A stretch of 64,000 nt of DNA, from NCBI RefSeq assembly GCF_004010195.1, contig NC_057718.1, forward strand, positions 58,060,182-58,124,181, in the 5' to 3' direction. The notes below the pieces were generated by a model. The model ran no database searches and was not told where the DNA came from. It saw only the letters and a program-made list of their open reading frames with translations. Shown piece after piece: positions 11,606-25,418 of this stretch. The position numbers and the translations under genes are program-made. The first letter of the stretch is position 1, and each line of letters starts with the position of its first letter. Source of the DNA: Chiloscyllium plagiosum. Taxonomy: Eukaryota.

Positions 11606-14524
11606 ACCAGTAGAGATCTCAGATTTGAATTTTTCAATTTACCAAGTGATAGTTATTTTTCGGAGAGTGAGTTTTAGGTTTTGACTGTAGATTGTGTGAA
11701 GAGATGCTTCCTGACATCACTGTCAATGTGTCAGCTCTAATTTTAATTTTATCTTGTTTTGCATTCTCCCTTGAGAGGAAATAGTTTCTCTTCATCTACC
11801 TTATCAAGTAATTTAATCATGTTAAACTCTGCTTTATTTCTTAATTTTACATACACAAGGGAATGTAAGCCTAGTCTATATGCAACCTATTCTCATAATG
11901 TAATCCATTTAGTGTGAGTTTGGGAAATCTACACAGTAGATTCTCTTCAAAACCAAAGCTGCTTTATCCTGAACTCTACACTCAATGGGGTCTAACTTTA
12001 TATAACAGTGACATAACATCACTCATTTGGATTCCAGACTTCTTGAGATAAGGCCATCATTTCATTTAACCTTTTTAATTATATTTTGTGCTTGTCCATT
12101 GGATTTTAATGATTTCTGTGCAAGGAGTCCTAAATACCTCTATTCCATGAAAATTATATTTCCAATAATTAATTCACATCACACAGTTACCTGCCCCATT
12201 ATAATAGAATATCTATTGCCTTAAGCACATTTTACCTCTCTCTTCTTATGTAGTTTAAGAAAAGATTGTATTTAAATTACAAAATCCTTTATGAGTTAAA
12301 AGATGGATTGAAAGTCTTTTTTCAGCAATAAGTGTTTTGCATGTGTTTATACATGCGTGCTTACATAAATGCAAGGAAAACTGGTCCTGATTAAACAACA
12401 ATTATTGTTTTTCTTATGTATTCTATGAATTGCAGAAATTGTACAAAGCTGAGAAAAAGAAAACACCAGTTAATATCTTTATTCAGCTTACTGCTCAAAC
12501 ATAAGCTGCATATCAAAGTTAACTATCACTAGCTCATCTGATTCTGTGCAGTCACTAAGGGCTGCATCGTGCCATGTTTTGGATGAAACTTGAAACAACA
12601 GTGCTATTTACCCACTATGTAAACGTGGAAAATACCATGACGCTACTTGGTGAAGAGCAGGGATGTGCTGGCAAAAAGCTAGTTCAGAAGGTTTGCTTCA
12701 CCCAATATCTAAAATTAATAATCCGGTCTTTGTTTATTTGCTATTTGTTGGACATTTCTATGTGCTCATTAACTGTTACAATTCAGTGCTGATTCTTCAA
12801 AGGTGCTTCATTTGTGATACACTGACCAAATCATGAATGATGCTATATAAGCCTGTCGTGCTATAGTGATACCCTCTCCCCACTGGAGGCACTCCAGTGC
12901 CCTCATTAGCAGGCAGATATAATTGTAAGTCACCAAGTTTACACAGGTAATTTCCATTAAGAATCTAAAAATACTGACAATATCTGAAAAAAAAAACAGA
13001 CGGAATGCAGTATATTACATTGAGCACTGAAATAATACAGGCACGATCAATCTATTATATCTTACCTCAAATTCTGCTTCACCTGCACACTAGATTTTGT
13101 CTTGATTCTAATGAATAGCATGATATAAGAGTAACAAGTTTTCTTCAAAAATGACTTTAAATAAGGACTGAATTATGTATGAATATGTGGTCAACCTAAT
13201 TCCATCATCAACTCCATGCTTCAGCTGAAGACTATACTGATCTTAAATTCCTTTACGCAATGCACTTGCTTCTGGTGTTAATGATCATAAAAACACATAC
13301 ATAACTGCTTGCAGCGTACAATTAAGTCAATCAGACATGAGCTCATTAACACAAGCCTAAAGCAATCAAAGGTCTAAACACAAATCAATCTGTTCTTCAT
13401 ATTTCCATTCAAAAATCAATTTCCATATTGTACCCTTAAGTTCTTCTTTATTTGACCAGAACACATTTAGATCATGTAATTATTCTGAAAGCTGGTTTTA
13501 AAAGAGAAGTTTCTCAAAGTAACTTTTTGCTTTTATTTCATTCTCACCTTCTTCCATTAGAATAAGATTTCTCATCTCTATCTCATCTTCTCCCTTTGCT
13601 TCTCAGATTCAGTTTCAATCCTTTATTAATGTAGACTTGATTTACCTAATGATTCTGTAGTTAGCTCCTATCATTTTACATTTCAAAAACTCCCCTGAAA
13701 GACATGTTCTTATTCTAGGTGAAGTTCCCTTATCCAAATGTTTGATGAATTCCACTAACTCCCAAATCCTCCATGAATTAAGTTCAAGACTCAAATATCT
13801 CAAAAATAATGCAATGATCTCCTTGATCCCAAAGCTCCATCTCTCATCCTTTGACATAGATACACTGAATTCCTTTACGCGATCTCTGTGGAGGTTGGCA
13901 CGAGAACATACAGTTAATGGCTAAAAGGATGACACATCATTTCACTTTTTAAGATTTTATCAAGAACGAAAGGTTAAACAGCATTTCCAATTTAAAACAA
14001 TTGTTTGGCAACTTATACTTTCGACCATGAAGCAGAACACTCCCCTTTCTCTTTTAGCACAACTGAAAATGTGTTTTACAAATGCATTTTACTTTTTCTT
14101 TGGAGAAGGCATTCAATTATCCTGGAGCCAGTCTTAGTTCTTGAAGATTTCTTCCTGTTCGCTTCCTTCCTTTGACTAAGAGCTATTAATCTCAGAACAA
14201 TCATACTTTTCTTTTCCCTCAGAGATTGTTCCTCAAGCAAAAGCTAAGCAAATTTTCCAGACGTTTTAACTCCTCTCATGAATGTTATCTTTTTAATTCT
14301 AGCATGAAGTTCCACCCATGTCTTTGAATGGTGGACTACAGAGCTTGCTGCCTTTTGTGCTCTTCCCCCTCCTGAAACCTGGCAGATTCATTTTTTGAAT
14401 TTTCAAGAATATTTTAGACCTTTCTCCTCTCATAGCCTGTTGCCATGGCAATGTGAATCCCAAAAGCTAAGTATCCAGGTAGAAATTCTGGTGAGCTATT
14501 CTTCTTTTCAGCTTAGAATTAGGT

Positions 14525-15210
14525 TTTATGAGAATTAGAATTACGGTTTATTGTCACATGTACTCAAGTACAGGGATACAGGAGAGCAGTGAAAAGTGTA
14601 CAATGTCGCCATTATCTAGCGCCATCTTAGGTACAAAAGTACTAGGTAGAAAATCTTAGGTATAAAGTAGGAAATAAAGAAATAAGTTAAAAAGATTAGC
14701 ATTACTGTCCTTTTTAAGTGCTTAGCCATGGGTCTGGATCCAGGCTTTTTCACCCCGACGCTGAGACATTCACCAGCATGAGTCCCGTCACTGCACCACT
14801 GCTACAGAACCATGACGCCATTCTTTGGTGTCATCTTGCCTCTACCAATGACATCAGCGCCATGAGACCATGTTGGGATGAAGTCAGCAATGCAGCCGCT
14901 GCTGAAGCTCCCTACAAAGGTAAGTAAGATTAAGTAAAAAAGCAGGGAAAAAAAAAGTAAAAGCGGACGGAGCAGATGAATCTACAATCAGCTCTGACTC
15001 AGGTCTGTGCTGGGCTTCAACTCAAGTCTGTGCTGGGCTTTGACTCAGGTCTGTGCTGGGCTTTGACTCAGGTCTGTGCTGGGCTTCCTATTGAGTCCAC
15101 ACTGGTTCAGCTCATCACCATCAATGCAGTCCAAGGATAAGAGATAAGTAGAGGAAAGGGGAAAAAAAATCATGAAAGTCAAAAAAGAAATGGATGGAGC
15201 AGATGAGCTT
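14525..15210 (-). mobile_element. Non-autonomous retroelement, possibly Rex1-related
   Basis: Shares tttattgtcac...cagtgaaaagt and A-rich...gatggag..gatgagc blocks with 53738-55411. No ORF. Confidence 0.45.
14995..15086. repeat. 23-bp tandem repeat x4
   Basis: tgactcaggtctgtgctgggctt units start at 14995, 15018, 15041 and 15064. Confidence 0.9.
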
Positions 15211-16599
15211 GGAAGTAAATGGACAATTTAAAGCACAATTATTTACTCAGTTTTCTGGGCATTTAGAGACTCCTGGGATATCCTCTGTTAGCATATAGGC
15301 TGCTGCTATTGTCTGCAGGAATAAATATCTTGAACCTTCTTCTCAGCCTCCTTTAATTTCTAACAATCAAACCAGCCAGGCTTGCTGTCAGGCACACATT
15401 AGAATGAGTCACGTGATTCCCTTAATTTTAACTTAACTGAAAGACACAGTTCTCCAGCATAGCAATCTTATAAATCTGACCATTTTCATTGTTTTTTTTG
15501 TCACCTTTTTTCCACCTTTGATTGCTGCTCCTGACCTTGTGTACTTTAATATATTTTCCTCCTGCTTGGCTTTCTTTCATTTTCTGATCTGTGGTGAATT
15601 CTGGGACGTCTTTTGGAAATGACAAAGCTTATGTGGGTGCATGTTTTTTCTTAAGAGTACAAAACGTAACAACGTAATTATACCAATTGTAACCCTCAAT
15701 ATATAAATATTTTTAAAAATATCTCCAATCCTTGTACAAGAGCATTGGGAAACTGAAGGATGCTGCTAATTCTCAGGAAAGATTGCCATTTTCAATTGGG
15801 CCACCTGAGAACACTGTGGCAGTGCATTCCTGCCTTTATAACACATTGACACGGTTTCTTTGGCAGCACAAGTGCACTTGATGTGTAAGAGGCTATCAAA
15901 TGCTGACAAATTATGGGGGATAGCTAGAACAATTGAAAATGCCTATTTTGAAAGTGCTGGAAACTAACTGTAACCAAAAAAAAGAGATGTATTAGTAAAA
16001 GATCCTCTGTAGGTGCTAAAATGAGAAGTGCTAATCTTCAGTGAATATGCATTGATGTTGATGAGCTGAGCCAGTGTGGACTCAAACAGGAAGCCCTGCA
16101 CAAACCAAAGAATCATAGGAATTACGGCACAGAACGTCACTGTCACAATGCTACTTTTTTTTCAATTGCCCACCTTCCATCAAACCAACATTTTTACATA
16201 TTTGCAAGTTTATTTATAAATGTTTCTAAAAATAATAATTTAGTCAAGACTAAAAATAAATGAATGAAGATGGAAGAGTTTTGTATGTTAATTAATCCCA
16301 GAAATAGTGCAACCTTAAATAGTTTCAAATTGATTTCTAAACTATTATATTTTATTGCTTACATATATGCTAGCTGGCTATTATTTAACACTTTTTTAAA
16401 CACTGTGTTGAATCTTGCACTTCTTTGAATGTGTTGGTTTTGTCGAGTTTCTTGGAGGGTTCCTCTATTAAACTTTCTCACGACATCTTACCAAACTCGC
16501 CTCACTAACTACTTACCCTGACCATATGGTGTTCCTCTCATCTAATTCTAGCAGCTGTCTATAACTCACTGGACCCAGAATAATACCTGGAATGGACCA

Positions 16600-17480
16600 G
16601 CATCCTTGATGCTTGCACTACCTTTTAAAGGTTTTTGGTCATCCAGACAAGCAATGTCAGTCAGGAGCTGTCCCACATAGTTCCAAGCAGTTGCCCAGCC
16701 ACAGTGGAAAAGGGAAAATTGGCACCCTGGAGCTCCCAGTGGCAGCGCTAGTGCAGAGGTGGGACATCCGATTTCTCAGGCACTTGCTGAGGAGGTGACA
16801 ACACCAGCCCATGTCAGTCTGGTCTGCGGTTGCTATTTGGGTCACAGAGTCATAGAAGTGTACAGCACAGAAACAAACCTTTCAGTCCAAGTCCATGCCA
16901 ATCAGATAACTGGTCAGTTTAGTTTCAGCTATCTGGAGAGGAATGCACAGCATTGAAGAAAGAAAGTCACTGATTTTCTCTACTCCATTGGTGTAAGTGC
17001 CACCAGCTTCAATAGCTCATGCTCACTCTATCTCTACTACTGTACTCACCTCCTACCAAGGCTCATGTTCTACCACTCTCACTATTGTGTGCAACAGCTT
17101 TCCACACATGTTGTTACCACCCCACCTCCCAACACTATTAACCCTACATGCCCTCTGCATTGCCCACACACTAATTTGGGGTACCTCCCCACCTGCACCA
17201 AAAGTACCACCTACTTCCATATCCCTTCTGCCTCTACTTCATTCCAGGAGGAAAACAGACAACAGGGCAAAAAGAGTCAAAATAGTTAGTGGGCTGCCTG
17301 ACATTCAGCTCTTATGAGGAAAGGATCCTGATTCTGACTGTCCTGAGTGACTGACTGTGCCAAAGTCCTGGGACGAGTATTAGAGGCTTCCCTTGTCTTA
17401 CCATACTGGACCCCTGAAGTAAAGTCTATCTTCCTTGATTTGACTGAGGACTGCTGATAACAACAGCAAGCATCTTAGCT
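16600..17480 (+). mobile_element. Harbinger-type Myb/SANT gene fossil (copy 1)
   Basis: Homologous to 41600-42360. Carries GKGKLAP..., RNAQH*RKKVTDF, donor gtaagt at about 16993 and acceptor ttccag|gaggaaaacag at about 17247. Confidence 0.55.
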
Positions 17481-17499
17481 TTGTGTCTGTGTGAAATAA

Positions 17500-17975
17500 C
17501 ATGGTTCGGAAAAGATTTACAAGGATGTTGCCAGGGTTAGAGCGTTTGAGCTGTAGGGAGAGGTTGAATAGGCTGGGGCTGTTTTCCCTGGAGCATTGGA
17601 GACTGAAAGATGACCTTATAGAGGTTTATAAAATCATGAGGGCCATGGATAGGGTAAATAGACAAGGTCTTTTCCCTGGGCTGGGGGAGTCCAGAAATAG
17701 AGAGGATACATTTAAGGTGAGAGAGGAAAGATTTAAAAGGGATCTAAGAGGCAACTTTTTCTCGCAAAGTGTGGTGTGTGTATGAAATGAGTTGCCAGAG
17801 GAAGTGGTAGAGGCTGATACAATTACAACATTTAAAAGACATCTGAATGGGTGGATGAATGGGTAGGATTTAGAGGGATATGGGCCAAGTGCTGGCAAAT
17901 GGGACTAGCTTAATTTAGGATATCTGGTCAGCATGGACGAGTTGTTTCCATGCTATACATCTTTATGACTCTACA
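17500..17975 (+). mobile_element. CR1/HER1 LINE 3' fragment
   Basis: VRKRFTRMLPGLERLSCRERLNRLGLFSLEHWRLKDDLIEVYKIM. Confidence 0.88.
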
Positions 17976-18694
17976 GCACTGCAGTACTTGGAGTCTGGTA
18001 TCTCTGGCTGGAAAGTAGGGTGTGAAAAGGCAAGGTAAGGATGTTGTGAACATCCAGCAGACTTAAAATGAGGGAGCGCTAAGGGAAGCAGCCTAGTCCC
18101 ACACATGAACTGGGTGTGTGTGCCTGAGTGCTAAGTGTCCTTGCTACAGCATTACAATGTCAGTGCAATGCAAGTTCAGCTTCAGACTGCAGAAGTTTCT
18201 TATAAGTGGATCAAAGGTCTGCTATAAGGGTTCTTAGAGGCTGGAACATGTCTTTGGACATGGGTTGCATGTGGCTGGTGATCATGGATATGCCCTGAGG
18301 TGTCGGTTCCTGATATTGAAGATAGGTATCCTCTGGAGAAAGCAATGAGCTGGAGTAGTCAAGGTGCCTGCTCTGACTTCCATGTGAAGAATTCTGGATG
18401 AAGGGTTTGCCCAGCCCAGTGGTAGGCCTCACTGGATTTCTCACTCGATTATCAGATTCCTACCAGGTTTCTCAGGTGGAAATCATTTAGGTCCCTACAA
18501 AGTTCAGCCCTGTCCATTTTTTTTAGTTAGTAGTGAATTTTAACAGAAATGCAGCAGAAAGTGGCACAAAGCCTGGAACACAGCTAAATCAAAATCAGAA
18601 AATCTTTGAAATGCGTTGATGTTTCATCAGCAGCTGTTAAGTGAAAAGATAGATATCATACATTATGGGTGCGATCACTTGTTTCTTTTGGAAA

Positions 18695-20230
18695 CTGAGG
18701 GACAAGTGTATCACTAAAGAGAACATGCTGGGGAAGCTGAAAAATCTGAATGTGGAAAAAAAACACCATAACTAGATGGACGACACCCAGAATTCTGATT
18801 GACATTACTGAGGATATTGTGGAGGCATTGGTGGTGATCTTTCAGGAATCATTGAATTCAGGGTGGGTCCCAGAGGACTGGAAAATGACTGATATAATAA
18901 CCTTGTTTCATAAAGGAGTGAGACAGAGACAGGAAATTATAGGCTACTTAGCTTGACCCCTCAGTCTCTTTAAGTCCATTATTAAGGCTGAGATTGCAGA
19001 GTAGTTGGAAATGCATGGTAAAGTAGGGCTGAGTCAGTGTGACTTTGTCAAGGGGAGGTCATGCCTGACAAATCTGTTAGAATTCTTGAAAGAGATAATG
19101 ATTAACTTAAGCAAAGCAGAGCTGGTGGACGTAATTTATTTGGATTTCTGGAAGGCCTTTGATAAGGTGCTGTGCAGGATGCTGCTAAATAGGATAAGAG
19201 CCCATGGTGGTCAGGAAAGGCACTGGGATGGATAAAGGATTGGCTGACTGGCAGAAGGCAGATAGTGGGGATAAAGGTGTCTTCTTCAGATGGCATCCAG
19301 AGACTAATGGAGTTTTGTATGGCTCAATGCTGGGACCACAACTGTTCATGTTAAACATTAATGAACTGGGTGAAGGAACTGGAGGCATTGTTGCTAAGTT
19401 TGTAGATGACACAGGCTAGGAGATTGGGCAAAGTAACAGATGAAATACAGTGTGGGGATGTGCGAATAGAGATGTGGAAGAATAGAGATGTAGGCTATTT
19501 TCTAAATGGGAAAGAGCTTTGGAAATCTGAAGCACAAAGGGATTTAGGAGTCCAAGTTCAAGGTTCTCTTAAGGTTAGCTTGCAAGTTCAGTGGCAGTTA
19601 GAAAGGCAAATGCATGTTTGCACTGATTTTGAGAGGGCTAGAACATAGTGCAGTAATGTACTGCTGAAGCTGTATGAGGCTCTGGTGACACTGCATTTGG
19701 AATATTATGAGCAGTTTTGGGCCCATACACAAGGCAGGATGTGCTAGCCTTGGAGGGGATCCACAGGAAGTTCACAAGAATGATTCCAGGATTGAAGGGC
19801 GTGCCATATGAGGAGAGGTTGAGGACTCTACACTCGGTGGAGCTTAGAAGGATGAGGTGGGATCTGACTGAAACTTACAGAATATTGAGATGCCTTAATA
19901 GAATGGATGTGGAGAAGATGTTTCCACTAGTAGGAGAGGCTAGGACTTGAGGGCACAGCCTCAAAGTGAAGGAACGATGCTTTTGACCTGAAACGAGTAA
20001 GAATTTCTTCAGCTAGAGTGTGCTGAATTGGGGCAACACTGGTACAGGAGGCTGTTGAGGCCAAAATCATTGAATATCTTTAAGAGAAAGACTGAAAGAT
20101 CCCTGATTAGTAGGAGAATCAAAGGTTAAGGAGACAAGGCAGGAGAATGGGGTTGAGAAACATGACTGAATGGTAGAGCAGATGCAATGGGCTGAATGGC
20201 CTAATATTGCTTTTATAAGTCTTATGGTCT
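18695..20230 (+). mobile_element. CR1 LINE ORF2 (RT) remnant with 3' UTR
   Basis: GWVPEDWK; FVKGRSCLTNLLEF; VDVIYLDFWKAFDKV; GSMLGPQLF; KFVDDT; KFTRMIPG. Frameshifted. Confidence 0.88.
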
Positions 20231-20749
20231 AATGAGCAAATAAGTACCAAAATAGAACTGATTAAACTGAATAGTTGACAGAGAACAGAAATACATGAAG
20301 ACATTGTAACTCAGCAATTTATATTCCTGTCCAGGAAACAGGCTTTAGAAAAATTGGTGAGATAAAATATGGTCAATGATATTTTAAGATGCTTTCAACA
20401 AGACAGTGGAAACTCAGTTAAAGAACAAAAGTGTGCATGTAATGAATAGTACAATCATGCTGAAAATGTAAGAGGACGTCTTCTCTTTTAGTGCAAGATG
20501 GACAGGTGCACTGCTTGATTCTCCTGGGTCCTTTGCAGTTAATAGAAAATCCAAAAAAATTATTGTATGAGTCATGTTAAGGCCTGTCACCTGTTGGACT
20601 GATGTGTCCAGCATCCAACCATTACAGCTCCACCCTAGCACTACACCATACAAGTGTACCGGGAGACAGAATCTCGAGCATCTCTCCAATAGATAAACTA
20701 GTATGTGGAAAACAGATGAAAATTGTGAATTTTGTAAATTCTGAATTTA

Positions 20750-20952
20750 AATCATAGAATCCCTACAGAGTGGAAGCGGGTCATTCAGACCATCGAGTCC
20801 ACACCAATCCTCTGAAGAGCATCCCACCCAGACCTATCCCTCACACTATCCCTGTAATCCTGCATTTCCTATGACTAATCCACTTAATCCGTACATCCAT
20901 GGAATCTATGGGCAATTTAGCATGACCAATCCACCTAACCTGCACATCTTTG
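20750..20952 (-). mobile_element. HE1 SINE 3' half
   Basis: gggcaatttagcatgaccaatccacctaacctgcacatcttt core plus tail. Confidence 0.75.
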
Positions 20953-20970
20953 TACTGATTTTATGATGTA

Positions 20971-21155
20971 ATAGAGTTGAAAAATGTGGCACTGCAAAAG
21001 TACAGCGGGTCAAGCAGCATCCGAGGAGCAAGAGAATCGACATTTTGGATGTAAGCCCTTCATCAGGAATGTGAAGGGGGAAGAGAGCTGAGAGATAAAT
21101 AGGGGGCCACACCTTTTGACTCTGTCTCTCTAGCATCTGCACTCCTACCTTCTCC
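20971..21155 (-). mobile_element. Short Penelope-like pLTR fragment with decayed hammerhead and inverted tail
   Basis: Similar to the 22226 arm (gcagcatccgaggagcaagagaatcgac...gcccttcatcaggaat). Reverse complement reads CTGATGAAGGGCTTACATCCAAAATGTC. Plus-strand tail agcatctgcactcctaccttctcc. Near-TSD tttatgatgta / tttataatgta. Confidence 0.7.
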
Positions 21156-22283
21156 TTTATAATGTAGCAGCCTATGTTGTATTAGAACACAACAGAGAAC
21201 ACCAACTTGTATATTTGTAGTGCTTTTAACACAGTAAAATAAGGTGAGGAGTTTCACTAAAGTATTATAAAAGAAATTTGACACTGAGCCACCTATGAGA
21301 TACTGTAATCGATGGTTAAGTGCTTGGTACATACCCCATAAATATTCTTTTCCAGTGTCTTGGGTAGGGTGTTTAATGTCTGTCTCATGCCTGGGTCAAA
21401 GTTGAATATAGCCCCCTGCATGTCAAGAGTATATAGTTGTTTGGATATTCCTCATGAGTTGAAAAAAATAATAATTTTGTTGCACATTTGATACTGACTG
21501 GATTATATGTTTTGTCAAATTAGTACCCATACTAATGCAAATTCACACAACTGCAATGTTGTGCAAACAGCCATTTCTATCAATCATGTCTTGGTAATAG
21601 AATTGTTTTCAAACTTAAATATCCATATTGTTATGTTAATGCTCCCACTCTAGACCTGTGAATCTTGGATGCTGCACACGAGCATGTCAGGTGGCTTAAA
21701 CATTCCATGAGCTATGAGATAGCAGGACAAAACTCTCAACTGTAACGCCTTGTCCAGAGCAAATTGAGGCTATGTCATTAAGAGAACACATTGAATTAGC
21801 CAAATTATAAAGATTATATCATGTGATTTATTCACACAATTTACAGCTATCTTTAACTGGATACTTACAGGTAAAGGCATAAAACAGTCTAGTGGTGAGC
21901 CTCTGAATCAAAAACACTTTGAATCAGAATCCCTGGAAAATCACAGTTAAGGTATGGTGAATATGATGGAGAATGTAGACAATTCCAGATCTTGGTAATA
22001 CATAGAAATGGTGAGATCTCAGAACTAATAACTAGATGAAATAAATATAAATTGTGAATGGCCAACAATATCAGAGGGAATTTGATGCTGCAATTCAACA
22101 AGAGAACAAGAGAAATGGAAAATGTGCAATCTTCCTGAATGGTATTGAAATGTTTAAACATGAAGTGGAAAGAGACTTAGGATTCTCACTCCATGCTCAG
22201 TTGTGTTCAGTTTTGGGAACTAATAGTTGAAACTTTATTGCTGGAACAGCACAGCAGGTCAGGCAGCATCCAGGGAACAGGAG

Positions 22284-22319
22284 ATTCGACGTTTCGGGCA
22301 CAGGCCCTTCCTCAGGAAT
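22284..22319 (-). ncRNA. Minimal type I hammerhead ribozyme motif (mirror copy)
   Basis: Reverse complement reads ATTC-CTGAGGA-A-GGGC-ctgt-GCCC-GAAA-CGTC-GAAT. It differs from the + copy only in loop II. Confidence 0.75.
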
Positions 22320-22888
22320 GAGCAGAGAGTATTCAGCAGGAGAAGATAAAAGGTAGGGAAGAGGGACTTGGAGGAGGGGCGTTGGAAATGTGATAGGTGG
22401 AAAGAGGTCAAGGTGAGGGTGATAGGTCGGAGTAGGAGGGAGGCGGAGAGGTCAAGAAGAAGACTGCAGGACAGGAAGGCGGTGCCGGGCTGGAAGGATC
22501 CGGCTGAGACAAGGTGGGGGGAGGGGGGATGAAGAAACTGGTGAAGTCCAAGTTCATCCCCTGCGGATGGAGGGTTCCCAGTCGGAAGATAAGACGCTCA
22601 TCCTCCGACCGTCGCGTTGTTGTGGTATCTTCGACTGTGTTTATCTTCGACTGTGTTCATGCTGGTGCTGACAGTGTCTGTCACAGAATGTGTTCTTCCT
22701 GGTGCTGACAGTGTCTATCTCAGACTGTGTTCTTCCTCCTGCAGTCTTCTTCTTGTCCTCTCCGCCTCCATCCTACTCCGACCTATCACCCTCACCTTGT
22801 CCTCTTTCCACCTATCACATTTCCAACGCCCCTCCTCCAAGTCCCTCCTCCCTACCTTTTATCTTCTCCTGCTGAACACTCTCTACTC

Positions 22889-22924
22889 ATTCCTGAGGAA
22901 GGGCCTGAGCCCGAAACGTCGAAT
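22889..22924 (+). ncRNA. Minimal type I hammerhead ribozyme motif
   Basis: ATTC-CTGAGGA-A-GGGC-ctga-GCCC-GAAA-CG-TC/GAAT. Both core boxes are present, helix II is GGGC/GCCC, helix I is ATTC/GAAT, helix III is the palindromic ACGT mini-helix. Predicted cleavage after GUC at 22920. Confidence 0.75.
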
Positions 22925-23979
22925 CTCCTGTTCCCTGGATGCTGCCTGACCTGCTGTGCTGTTCCAGCAATAAAGTTTCAACTTTGATTCTCAGCATCTG
23001 CAGACCTCACTTTCTCCTTTGGGAACTAATAAACAAGTATGGCAGAGATAACACTTAGGAACATAAGAACATGAGAAATAGGAGCAGGATTAGGCCATCT
23101 GACCTGTCGAGCCTGCTCCATCGAGTCTGCTCCATCATGTATTAAGACCATGGCTAAACTTTTCGTGGACTCAGCTCCACCTACCTGCTTGCTCACCACT
23201 CACTGCTGCATAATGTATTTAGTACCTGAAAGAGTTAACTGACATCACTAAATAAATACTCGAGGTATAAATGATTATGGTTCTTTGATGCAGTGATAGC
23301 ATTCCTACCTCTAAGCCAGACCTGTTCCAGAGGTCCAACCTGTTCCAGAGGTTGAAGCGATTGATTGAAAATAACCATAAAGGGCTGTTCTTCAGAGGAG
23401 CTAGAGAATTGCAAAGGGTTCTCCTTGTACCAGTTGTGTGTTCTTAGATTGAGTCTGCTTTTCACAAGAAATAATAATGTAAGATGAAACTATCTCTTAT
23501 GTAATAAACCATTATTATTGAATGCAAACATGGCTAAGCTTCTGCGTAAGACATTATGCGGGTGACCTCCCACAATGGTACCAAGAAGTATTTGTGCTGG
23601 TGAATCTACTCCAGATGGTTCTGGCAACAGCATTCATTTCTCATATGCTAGCAACCCGTGACATTGAAGTTTACAAAACTTACTCTCAGGTTTTTGACTT
23701 ATTAGGAAAGACCAGAGCAACTTTGGCTGATATGTCTGGAAAAAGTGGGAAATCAAAGTCGCAGGCATTAAATGCTGTGCAAAATACGAATGCACAGTGC
23801 ATATTTCAGCAGTGGGACAGCAGGCAAGGGTTGATACTGTTAACAAGAAAATGTTCTGACTGCTTGTAGGGAGGTTTTTCGATCAGAAGGTCATGTGCTC
23901 GAAATGGAGTGATGGAACACTGTCATCACATGAGAAGCCGCTAGTTGCGGCAGTGGAAGAAGGATGAATTGAAATGAAG

Positions 23980-25418
<1,439 letters not shown>

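Larger units (their letters stand above)
22226..23017. mobile_element. Penelope-like element insertion with inverted pseudo-LTRs and 14-bp TSD
   Basis: TSD tttgggaactaata at 22212-22225 and 23018-23031. Inverted arms at 22225-22471 and 22737-22983. Minus strand about 22620-22530 encodes RRSEDERLIFRLGTLHPQGMNLDFTSF, resembling a PLE GIY-YIG C-terminus. A 34-bp unpaired tail lies at 22984-23017. Confidence 0.85.

Noticed and set aside
23522..23869. 115-aa ORF upstream of the promoter
   Set aside because: No recognisable homology or splice context; length is compatible with chance.
1..23900. miR-216/miR-217 cluster expected by synteny upstream of CCDC85A
   Set aside because: I did not see the mature sequences on either strand by eye; a miRBase search would be decisive.
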